From: a virus
Lineage: Duplodnaviria; Caudoviricetes
Strand: one strand, 5' to 3'
Length of the DNA stretch: 53,229 bases
IMG/VR virus record: IMGVR_UViG_3300027690_000140
Span: 1-53,229 of that record
The position numbers and the translations under genes are program-made. This document shows positions 9,148-17,203 of this stretch, piece after piece. The notes under the pieces are model-generated. The model made no database searches. It was not told the origin of the DNA and saw only the letters and a list, made by a program, of their open reading frames with translations. The stretch's first letter is position 1, and every line of letters begins with the position of its first letter.

Positions 9148-9195
9148 CAACCAAAATCACAATCATGCCCCGAGAGGGGAAATGAAGGTGAGATG
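9117..9195 (-). ncRNA. Putative trans-acting antisense sRNA complementary to the shared early-gene leader motif
   Basis: Minus strand reads promoter, CCCC-TCTC-GGGG hairpin, CATGATTGTGATTTTGGTTGT, terminator; the core is the reverse complement of 12 gene leaders. Confidence 0.7.
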
Positions 9196-9198
9196 CTA

Positions 9199-9230
9199 TA
9201 AAGTTAAGGCTTTTTTAAAATAAAATCAAA
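9199..9230 (-). promoter_or_regulatory. Promoter TTTG-N20-TAACTTTA for the sRNA
   Basis: Same 20-nt spacing as the other phage promoters; no plausible CDS downstream before the terminator. Confidence 0.65.
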
Positions 9231-9240
9231 TGCTTTGAGG

Positions 9241-9825
9241 CTAAAACTTTATTCCGTACCGCAAAGAAAAATATCCAGTATTATTAACTCGACCATATTC
9301 AATTCCATATAAGGATTTGTTTTTAGAAATACAGTCCACAAAAATACCTGCACCCAAACCATTATACTGACTTAGCGAGATCCCACCATAAAATTCATTT
9401 TTCAAAGGCTCATTTACAATTACAGGTATTTTTTCGGTTATGGTGAGAGTTTCTTTTATTTCCCTGGGGACTTTTAACTGATATCCAATATTCCGACTTT
9501 CTATTGTACCTCGAACAGTATCATTTACATAAATAGAAATATCCTCCGTAACAAGGCTGTCTGAATAATAGTTAAGGGTAGGGGATATGGATACCGGAAC
9601 AGGGATTTCTTTTGGATACCATTTTACAACCGGCTCTGGCCTGATTGTATCCCTGAGAATTACTGTATCTGGTTTTTGATTTGCAATAATATTTATACTA
9701 TCTATCAAAGCAGAATATCGCTGTTCGGTTTCATGAATTCCGATTTTTCTGCCGGCAAGAAGTAATACAATGCACACGGCAAGCGCAATCAACAGTTTAT
9801 ACAATATACTACGTAAGGTTTCCAC
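9241..9825 (-). CDS. Membrane-anchored protein at the end of the late operon (spanin-like candidate)
   Basis: N-terminal TM helix, DT-rich linker, C-terminal beta-strands ending in F; near the lysis genes. Confidence 0.55.
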   Translation of the reverse strand: METLRSILYKLLIALAVCIVLLLAGRKIGIHETEQRYSALIDSINIIANQKPDTVILRDTIRPEPVVKWYPKEIPVPVSISPTLNYYSDSLVTEDISIYVNDTVRGTIESRNIGYQLKVPREIKETLTITEKIPVIVNEPLKNEFYGGISLSQYNGLGAGIFVDCISKNKSLYGIEYGRVNNTGYFSLRYGIKF

Positions 9826-9837
9826 TAAATAAAGAAT

Positions 9838-10164
9838 TTAAGGTATTGCATTCAAAACATTTTCTACTTCGGAAGTATAATCAAATGTTTTCACGAATGA
9901 TTTGTCTGCGTTGTAAATACGTGCTTCTACATTATAATATCCGCCTTCCAGGGTCAAACTTTCTGTATGAGTAACATTAAAGACTATAACACCATCTTCC
10001 GGATTAGGTATGCTTCCTGTGACACGCAATATTTCCTTATTGTTTAATATGAATGACAAAAACCCTGAATGGCCTGTGAGATTCCGGGGATTACCGTTTT
10101 CATCTACCACTCCTAACAGGATGCTGTGCGTATCACCGATTTTAATAGTTATGTCTTTGCTCAT
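9838..10164 (-). CDS. BppU N-terminal-like / virion structural protein
   Basis: IKIGDT...VDENG.PRNLTG...GVIVF pattern; late operon. Confidence 0.55.
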   Translation of the reverse strand: MSKDITIKIGDTHSILLGVVDENGNPRNLTGHSGFLSFILNNKEILRVTGSIPNPEDGVIVFNVTHTESLTLEGGYYNVEARIYNADKSFVKTFDYTSEVENVLNAIP

Positions 10165-10168
10165 GATG

Positions 10169-11440
10169 TTAGTTGTTTTTGATTTTGCCGATTAATGTAT
10201 CCTGTGAAATTTTACCTGTTATTTTCTGCTGTGAAATAACTCCTTTTAATCTTTGCTGTTTTAATAAGCCGGTTACTGTCAGCTGTTCGATTTTCCCTTT
10301 CAGGCTTTGATTGTAATAGATTGGTGGTATTAACTCAATCTGCAAATCTGTTTTCTTGGTTATTTCTATTTTAGCTTCATAACTTGGTTTCCCTGCGTAG
10401 GATATTATAATTGTAAAGGGATTGTAATTTATAATGGTTCTTTGAGTTGTGAAATCTGGTTCTTTGCGTTCGCAAATATCATCAATTTTAATAACGTCCT
10501 GCCCGTAATACCCTTCTGCATCTGTATTTTGGTCGAATATCAATACATTATCTTTGTCATACAATTTTACATTTGCTTCATCAAGTTTATTGCCGTCTGC
10601 ATCTGATACAGTCACTGAAAATTCCTCTCCGATGTGCAGTATTGAATAAGAATATTGAGTGGTAGTTCCACTCATTGTATTTACGTAGTTATTAAAAACA
10701 CAACCAATTACTGTATTTTCAATAGATTGATTTGCATACGTATTTTGCCGTAATCCCGTCGTACAAGCTTCTGTGATAACATTTCTTAGGGTAAGTCCTG
10801 TCCTGCCGTCATAAATCCATATTCCAATTGCAGCACCATTTATAACAGTATTTTCCCAACTTGACGCAATATTCGGGCTTCTTGTTCCATAATAACAATT
10901 ACATATTAAAGAATTTTTAAGCTGGGCTGATGTCTTATAGAATGTTTCCGTTCCACCCCCTGATATAAAACTATTTTCAACTAAAGTTGCATAAATACCT
11001 ACTCCTGATGTATCCGACTTCTTTTTACATAATAAACTACTCGCATAAAAATATCCTAATCGAATTCTATGCACACCTCCAACGGGATCAGTATTTACAA
11101 TTACTGTACTACCTTCATTACATTTGCCACTGATATACTTATTTCCAAATTGTAGATTTCCTCCATTATAATTTTCTACTAAAAATGAAGCCGCGGTGGA
11201 TACAGGTACTTGATCTCCCGTAAAAACCATTACTGAATTCAAAATCTTCATGTAACAGGAACTTCCGTCTATTCGAAGTTGCAGATTATGAAAAGCATAC
11301 ACATTACCACTTTTTGTGACTCCTACATCAGCATCAACAACATCATCCAATGTCCAGAAGTTATCCCAGGAATCGCCTTTAGGATCACCAACAGCATAGG
11401 TAACTGTTATTCTCGTGTTAGTTGTTTTTACTATCGGCAT
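10169..11440 (-). CDS. Putative virion-associated protein (beta-helix-like region plus Ig/carboxypeptidase-regulatory-like domain)
   Basis: G/N/T-rich beta-strand composition; VTVSDADG.KL..ANVKLY...TDAEG motif. Confidence 0.5.
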   Translation of the reverse strand: MPIVKTTNTRITVTYAVGDPKGDSWDNFWTLDDVVDADVGVTKSGNVYAFHNLQLRIDGSSCYMKILNSVMVFTGDQVPVSTAASFLVENYNGGNLQFGNKYISGKCNEGSTVIVNTDPVGGVHRIRLGYFYASSLLCKKKSDTSGVGIYATLVENSFISGGGTETFYKTSAQLKNSLICNCYYGTRSPNIASSWENTVINGAAIGIWIYDGRTGLTLRNVITEACTTGLRQNTYANQSIENTVIGCVFNNYVNTMSGTTTQYSYSILHIGEEFSVTVSDADGNKLDEANVKLYDKDNVLIFDQNTDAEGYYGQDVIKIDDICERKEPDFTTQRTIINYNPFTIIISYAGKPSYEAKIEITKKTDLQIELIPPIYYNQSLKGKIEQLTVTGLLKQQRLKGVISQQKITGKISQDTLIGKIKNN

Positions 11441-11449
11441 ATATTTATC

Positions 11450-11920
11450 CTATTTTTCTGCGTAAACTGTTTTTCCATTTTTAGAATAAGCCCTTAAAAC
11501 CTGATGCCTGTTTTCTTCTGGATTGACATAACTCACATGCACCCATTCAGGTTCGTCATTGTCGCCAAATTCCCAGATCAGCTGATCAAAGTCAAGATTA
11601 TTTAAGATGTAATTGAATATTTCCTTATTGGTTATTCCTCCCAGAACCTGTGCATCCAAATCCATGGCTGCTCCCCTGCTTGCCATATGCTGGCTGTTAG
11701 GTGATCCTCCTATTTTTTTATTTACCTCAGAGGAACGATAAAAAGAGGAAACATAAATCGGTTTCCCGAAATGTTCCCTTACCGGTTCAAAAATTCGTTC
11801 AGCCAGTAGTTTCATTCTTGCAATCTGTGAAGGATTGGGAATGTTTGAGATTCCAAGCCTTATTGCAGTCTGACTTTTTACTGCTTCTGCCCAGCTGATA
11901 TGGTTGCTGATCTGTTCCAC
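11450..11920 (-). CDS. Endolysin, peptidase M15 family
   Basis: SSFYRS, GGS.NSQH, AMD and WVHVSY Zn-peptidase motifs. Confidence 0.92.
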   Translation of the reverse strand: MEQISNHISWAEAVKSQTAIRLGISNIPNPSQIARMKLLAERIFEPVREHFGKPIYVSSFYRSSEVNKKIGGSPNSQHMASRGAAMDLDAQVLGGITNKEIFNYILNNLDFDQLIWEFGDNDEPEWVHVSYVNPEENRHQVLRAYSKNGKTVYAEK

Positions 11921-11925
11921 CTATC

Positions 11926-12183
11926 TTATTTCTTCTGTGACAATAAAAGATTTTTAATTTCTTCCGTGCTTCTGCGTATTTCCCGGATATCCATGTGGAG
12001 TTGATCAACCGATTCTTTATTAGCCTTTTTTATATCCAGTTGCTCAATCCTCTTTTCATTTGCAGATGTTTTTTCCCTTGTAATTATAATAGTCGCATAC
12101 ACACTGACTACATTGATAATAAGAGTAGCGCAAACCATAGCAATAATGGTTTGCAGGACACGGTTACGTTCATGAGTGGTCAT
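11926..12183 (-). CDS. Small membrane protein with coiled coil (holin/antiholin candidate)
   Basis: One TM helix then coiled coil; adjacent to the endolysin. Confidence 0.55.
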   Translation of the reverse strand: MTTHERNRVLQTIIAMVCATLIINVVSVYATIIITREKTSANEKRIEQLDIKKANKESVDQLHMDIREIRRSTEEIKNLLLSQKK

Positions 12184-12193
12184 ACTCTACAAT

Positions 12194-12391
12194 TTACTTG
12201 TTCAACTTAAACCATCCGGCAGTAATACCTTCTAACAAAGTGTCTTTTGCGGTGAGAAATACCCAGCTTAACAGGATCAGTGAAATCATATCCACTACAT
12301 TGATCTGATCAAGAAATCTTCCGGTTATTCCTGCTATAAGAATAAATATTCCTATTCCGGTGGTACGCCAATTTTTAAATCTTTCTTCCAT
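12194..12391 (-). CDS. Holin
   Basis: 65 aa, two TM segments, KNWRTT.IG...AKD motif. Confidence 0.75.
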   Translation of the reverse strand: MEERFKNWRTTGIGIFILIAGITGRFLDQINVVDMISLILLSWVFLTAKDTLLEGITAGWFKLNK

Positions 12392-12678
12392 TCCAGTAGT
12401 TTTAATCGTTCATCTTCTAATAGTTCGCTTTTCAGTGCTTTCATTTCATATTCATAGTTGCTGTAAAGAGCAACCGGAGTGATATACAAAGTATCAGAAC
12501 TCAATTTCGACATAGTGCATCCGTAAACATTCTTAAATCCACATTCCCCTTCCCATCTTTCATGCACCATTATGTACAGGCCATCAAATTCTATGAACTT
12601 GTCATCACTGCATGGATCAAAATGATCCTTTTCACAAGAAAGTGTTATGGTTAATAACACGATAATTACTTTTTTCAT
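12352..12678 (-). CDS. Small lipoprotein with its own promoter (moron-like)
   Basis: MKK + hydrophobic stretch + LSC lipobox; promoter ATTG-N20-TAAGTTAG at 12698-12729. Confidence 0.7.
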   Translation of the reverse strand: MKKVIIVLLTITLSCEKDHFDPCSDDKFIEFDGLYIMVHERWEGECGFKNVYGCTMSKLSSDTLYITPVALYSNYEYEMKALKSELLEDERLKLLEWKKDLKIGVPPE

Positions 12679-12740
12679 TATCTCAGTGTTTATTAACCTA
12701 ACTTACTGAATATTAATTAATTAAACAATCTTTTTACACA

Positions 12741-15700
12741 TCATAATTTCGATATTACCTGATATTCCGTACCATCATACACAAATACCCAGCTTTCATA
12801 ATTGCTGACAGTAAATGATGTTACCACATCAGATGTTCGCCGGATATTTATAGATGATGAAATAGTTACCCCTCCGGTGGAACATCTTTTCACAATATAT
12901 TGTTGGCCGTCGATAGGATTAGAGGATAGGGTTATAGTTATACTGCTTGTATTAATACAAAATACAGCGTAGTGGGTTTCCCTGTCCAATGTAAGGCTGG
13001 AAGATGTTCTCAGAGTTTTTACAACCAGACCAGCATCAAAACAAAGATTTCTCAAGACTTTAAAATACGGTCTATCTATGTTCTGCCCTGCATAGGAATC
13101 ATAATAAGTGACATACCCAAATCCAGTTATCGGCCATTGAAATATTCCACCAAAACCTGTTCTCCCGTGTTTTATTCCACTTCCGGCCAAAAATGAATAA
13201 TAAGGGGATTTTGATGCATCAATTACCTGAACACCGGGACTTGTAAATAAACTGCTTAAGGTTATAACTACTTCATCTTCTGAGGTGGACGTATTTCTTA
13301 ATTTTATTTCATTGCCGGAAATAATAATCTGCCTGTTAGAAACTGCCGAACTTTCAATACTGGCTTTAGATGCAATCAGTTCCCCGTCCTGATTTACCCG
13401 GAACGGAGCGCTTGCCCTGTTTTCATACGTATTACCAGCCCAGATACGAATACTTGAACTTGCGGATCCGTCACCGCTTATTCCTGAATTAATAACGGAA
13501 TTCCCAAGCTGAATTACTCCACTGGTAATAATACCTCCGTCTATTGCTGTTTGCGCAGCATGCCTTCCTCCTCCTGCTCCAATCTGGCTTTTATAAGAAT
13601 ACAATCCCAAAATTTCTTCTTCACTAAGCGCCCTGGCATATATTCGTACTTCATCCACTACACCTTTCAATTTCCTTGTACCACTGTATGTATCATAACC
13701 GATATAGAAATTTGCGTCCGAGTTAATATTACCGATGGTTGCCGTAGCTTCGGAAATAAGCACCCCATCTATATATAGTTTAAGTACAGTCCCGTTATAC
13801 ACTCCGGCAACATGATGCCATATATTATCCTTTATATCATTTCCGGTTGTCATTATGGTTGCCAGCGTTCCGGAAGCATCACATCTTAACAACCTCATTG
13901 AATTGACTGTAAGCCCAATATAAGTTCCCGTTCCCCGTGAGTATAGAATTGGTCCGTATGAAGGTGAATCATTTGCGATTTTAACCCATGCAGATAAGGT
14001 AAACTCAGTTGTAAGTATTGCATTTGGGACAGCATCAGTCAGGACATAATCTGAAGTTCCATTGAGGCTGAGAGCATTTCCGCTTACACCTTCAACACGT
14101 GTTCCACCGGTTAAACTTCCGTCATACCCGTTATTACTATCGTCATAAGCTACAGTTCCTGAGGTTTCGTCCAGCGACCATAATGCTTTTAACTGCAAAT
14201 CAGCCGGCCACTTTGCTTTTGATATCCTTACATCTTCTTCCAGTTCATTATCCGTTGTTCCGCTCTGAAAGGTTATTTTCCCCTTAATGTCACCTGTGTC
14301 AAGGTCAACATAAGTATTACCGTCATTAGATGAGATTCTTCCGGTTTTTACGATTCTTCCGACAATCTGAGTACTTCCATAAGTAGCTGAAAAAACCCTT
14401 GCATTATCTACCTTCTTGTGAAATACCCCGATAAGGAAATAGTAATACGTGCTTCCTTCATCAAACTTGTATTGGGTAGTGGTAGAAAGAATATCGCAAG
14501 ATGTAGTTGCACGGTTGCAGCGTGCATAAATATAATACGACGTGCTGTCCAGTAATATAATGTTGCTTCCTGTAATGTCCCATGTTTTAATCGTAGCGTC
14601 ATCTATGGTAAAGTGGATCAGCTGTCCGGAAGTCCAATATAACCTGTGGTTGCTTGCATCATAATACACCCAAGTAAATTCAACATCTTTCAGAGTAAAT
14701 TGCTGGCTTTTCGCCCCGATGGAAAGCATGGTGGATTCAATGGATAACGGTTTGATGTTGGTATTATCAAAATATCCATCCGTATCAAAAATGAGGTTTT
14801 TCAGTGACTCCCAGGTTTTCCAGTTCATTCTTGCCTTGGATACATTCATCAAGTCATTTAACCTTACCAATTTTTGGGTTTCCACTTCATTGGCAATAAG
14901 ACGGTTTATTACTTGAACTTCCAGCCGGTCATTTAATTCAACTTTTATGATGTTTGGATTGAGAATATTTCTACTGACACTTTTTATAGTAATATTTGTA
15001 TCAATGTTCATATCTACATCTTTCACATGAACTGTATCGCCAGCCTGTAACGTAGTGATGGAGTTGTCCCTGATAAATGCAGGATCGAACTGCAAGTCAT
15101 ATGTAATATTCGGGTCAGCATTTTCATCCAGGTATTCCTGTGCCTTATTTTGAAGTTCCGTTTCAGCAGCAGAAATATAGCTGGCAGGCAGAAGGATGTC
15201 CACAAGTTTGTATTTATCCCCGATAGCAGGTTTAAGGGTGGAATTTGGCAAATCCATATCCATATCCTGAATTGGAATAATGGTAAAGGTTTTTGTGGTA
15301 TTATTATAGCCGGATATTTCAAACTCATACCCGGCAAGGTTTCCGGTATTGAAATGAACCTTAGCGGTAACACCTGACATCAGGTAATCGTTTAGGTCGA
15401 AGTCCATTCCTGAATCCGTGAAAGTGGTTAAACTCGGTGCCGTGCTTACCGTTCCGGTACGGGCAGGAAAGATTTCGTCAAATATTTTAACTGCTTCTAT
15501 CAGCCCGTAAGTGGCAACATTCTTTTCCAGTTTATTTGAACCGGCATCCGCAAACATCAACCTCCGGCTGTAATTACGATAGTCGGATGCAAGGTTTCTC
15601 ATACCTCCATATACCCATAGCCTTGTAATGATGTTTTTACTTCCTACCGGATTGCGGGTAATGGAATATAACCCTTTGTTTTTGCCGTATTCTACACTTA

Positions 15701-16238
15701 CACCGGAAGTTGTTCCAGGGGTACTTGATATAGAAATTTGTTTTCCTGATAAACGGAAATATACCCCCAACTCAGAACAAACCTTTTGCAATGCCTGTAA
15801 ACAGTTCTCATTCTGGTATTGAATATTAAGATCGCTTGTGGATGCAACCGTCCCTTTGCTCCATATACCTGAACCATATACCCGGTTCAGATTAGAAATG
15901 ATCAAATCAAGATGAAATTCTGCATTCCCGACAAGGTAAAAATCAGACATTCCGTTATCCAGCATGGCAACTTTTCCCAGATCGTATAATACGCTTTCAA
16001 AGACAATACAGTACTCATAATGATTACTTCCCATTTTTACGCACTTTGGCAGCGTATTTACGTACCAGTACTTTGAGTTATACGAAATGTAATCACCGAT
16101 AGCAATATCCAGTTTATCGACAGCATAAGTGAGTATGGACAAATAATTTTCACCCTGGTGTTTTTCTATATCCATAGAACCTTCCAGCACCACAATTCTT
16201 TCAACTATAGCTGACGATCTATAAACCTTTATTTTCAT
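12741..16238 (-). CDS. Tail tip / host-specificity protein with LamG domain
   Basis: Prophage tail-type N-terminus (ITRLWVYGG.RNL); LamG motifs (FTLSAWVK, WHHVAGVY, LYIDG, DEVRIY.RALS). Confidence 0.85.
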   Translation of the reverse strand: MKIKVYRSSAIVERIVVLEGSMDIEKHQGENYLSILTYAVDKLDIAIGDYISYNSKYWYVNTLPKCVKMGSNHYEYCIVFESVLYDLGKVAMLDNGMSDFYLVGNAEFHLDLIISNLNRVYGSGIWSKGTVASTSDLNIQYQNENCLQALQKVCSELGVYFRLSGKQISISSTPGTTSGVSVEYGKNKGLYSITRNPVGSKNIITRLWVYGGMRNLASDYRNYSRRLMFADAGSNKLEKNVATYGLIEAVKIFDEIFPARTGTVSTAPSLTTFTDSGMDFDLNDYLMSGVTAKVHFNTGNLAGYEFEISGYNNTTKTFTIIPIQDMDMDLPNSTLKPAIGDKYKLVDILLPASYISAAETELQNKAQEYLDENADPNITYDLQFDPAFIRDNSITTLQAGDTVHVKDVDMNIDTNITIKSVSRNILNPNIIKVELNDRLEVQVINRLIANEVETQKLVRLNDLMNVSKARMNWKTWESLKNLIFDTDGYFDNTNIKPLSIESTMLSIGAKSQQFTLKDVEFTWVYYDASNHRLYWTSGQLIHFTIDDATIKTWDITGSNIILLDSTSYYIYARCNRATTSCDILSTTTQYKFDEGSTYYYFLIGVFHKKVDNARVFSATYGSTQIVGRIVKTGRISSNDGNTYVDLDTGDIKGKITFQSGTTDNELEEDVRISKAKWPADLQLKALWSLDETSGTVAYDDSNNGYDGSLTGGTRVEGVSGNALSLNGTSDYVLTDAVPNAILTTEFTLSAWVKIANDSPSYGPILYSRGTGTYIGLTVNSMRLLRCDASGTLATIMTTGNDIKDNIWHHVAGVYNGTVLKLYIDGVLISEATATIGNINSDANFYIGYDTYSGTRKLKGVVDEVRIYARALSEEEILGLYSYKSQIGAGGGRHAAQTAIDGGIITSGVIQLGNSVINSGISGDGSASSSIRIWAGNTYENRASAPFRVNQDGELIASKASIESSAVSNRQIIISGNEIKLRNTSTSEDEVVITLSSLFTSPGVQVIDASKSPYYSFLAGSGIKHGRTGFGGIFQWPITGFGYVTYYDSYAGQNIDRPYFKVLRNLCFDAGLVVKTLRTSSSLTLDRETHYAVFCINTSSITITLSSNPIDGQQYIVKRCSTGGVTISSSINIRRTSDVVTSFTVSNYESWVFVYDGTEYQVISKL

Positions 16239-17203
16239 GGGTGCGTCCCGTTAACATATACTTCATGGTCATAAGAAAGAGTATCGTAAGCATCCCAGTC
16301 CGTGCATTCAGGCATTCCTGTGCCATCCAGATAAATAGTCATAGCGCTTGGCCTTTCTGCTAAAACATATGTACCGTCATTTATCAGGGCTCTCAATATT
16401 CTGTTTACATCATCACTGGTAGCAAAATTGCATTGATTGAAATTCAGTGTGGCAATATTTTTCTGGATAACACCACCGTTATAACCGGTCATGCTTGCCC
16501 CTGCAAAATTGATCGTATTTCCTGCTTTTAAGGTTTTAAGGATATTATCTACATTTCCGGCATATTTGATATTTCCGGCGGTAATCTTGTAGATCAGATC
16601 ATAATCTCCGACAAAAGATATTTTATACGTTCCTGCATTTTTATAAATATGCGGATATGCAGTCAGGCTGGAACTTGAACAGAGCGCAGTTTCGCCGTCT
16701 CCCCAGTAAATTCGTGCTTTCCCGGGGGATACCATCTGGATGGATATTTGCACCATTTCTGATGCACTTACATCTTGTACAATAATATAAGGATGAACAG
16801 GTTCAGGCTCAATAAGCTCAAGCGTGAACTTTGCAATGTTTTTTCCTGTTCTTATCCCGTGTGTCAGCGGACTGATATCTGCACTGGTCTTAGGATATAA
16901 CAGGTACGGTTTTTCAATATTCTGAAAATCAAAAGTTCTCAACAAAGGTTTATCCAGTAAATGACTTATTTGCTGAATCCTGTTTTGGAGCTGTGTATTG
17001 CTGTCAGCAACAATAAAGCATTCCAAACGAATTGTTCTCTGCTCAAAATAGATATCGTCCTTTTCCACGAAGTAATCCGAACCGTTCCTGTCGCTCCATT
17101 CGTGTTTCAGTATCTCCTTTCGCTTTAACAAATCCAGAATACCCTGAGAGTTAATTACTCCCAGCCCGTATTCTTTCAACATATCCTTACCGTCTATTTT
17201 CAT
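16235..17203 (-). CDS. Distal tail protein with C-terminal PKD-like extension
   Basis: Directly after the tape measure gene; IYWGDG...H.Y..AGTY.I PKD motif. Confidence 0.7.
   Translation of the reverse strand: MKIDGKDMLKEYGLGVINSQGILDLLKRKEILKHEWSDRNGSDYFVEKDDIYFEQRTIRLECFIVADSNTQLQNRIQQISHLLDKPLLRTFDFQNIEKPYLLYPKTSADISPLTHGIRTGKNIAKFTLELIEPEPVHPYIIVQDVSASEMVQISIQMVSPGKARIYWGDGETALCSSSSLTAYPHIYKNAGTYKISFVGDYDLIYKITAGNIKYAGNVDNILKTLKAGNTINFAGASMTGYNGGVIQKNIATLNFNQCNFATSDDVNRILRALINDGTYVLAERPSAMTIYLDGTGMPECTDWDAYDTLSYDHEVYVNGTHP

Noticed and set aside
9165-9185. Plus-strand mini-ORF MPREGK* after the inverted motif, with a CCCC-GAGA-GGGG tetraloop hairpin
   Set aside because: The promoter and the terminator U-tract are both oriented for the minus strand; a plus-strand decoy RNA is not excluded but is less supported
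12741-16238. DGR or invertible (shufflon) tail-fibre variation
   Set aside because: No reverse transcriptase, invertase or duplicated template repeat seen
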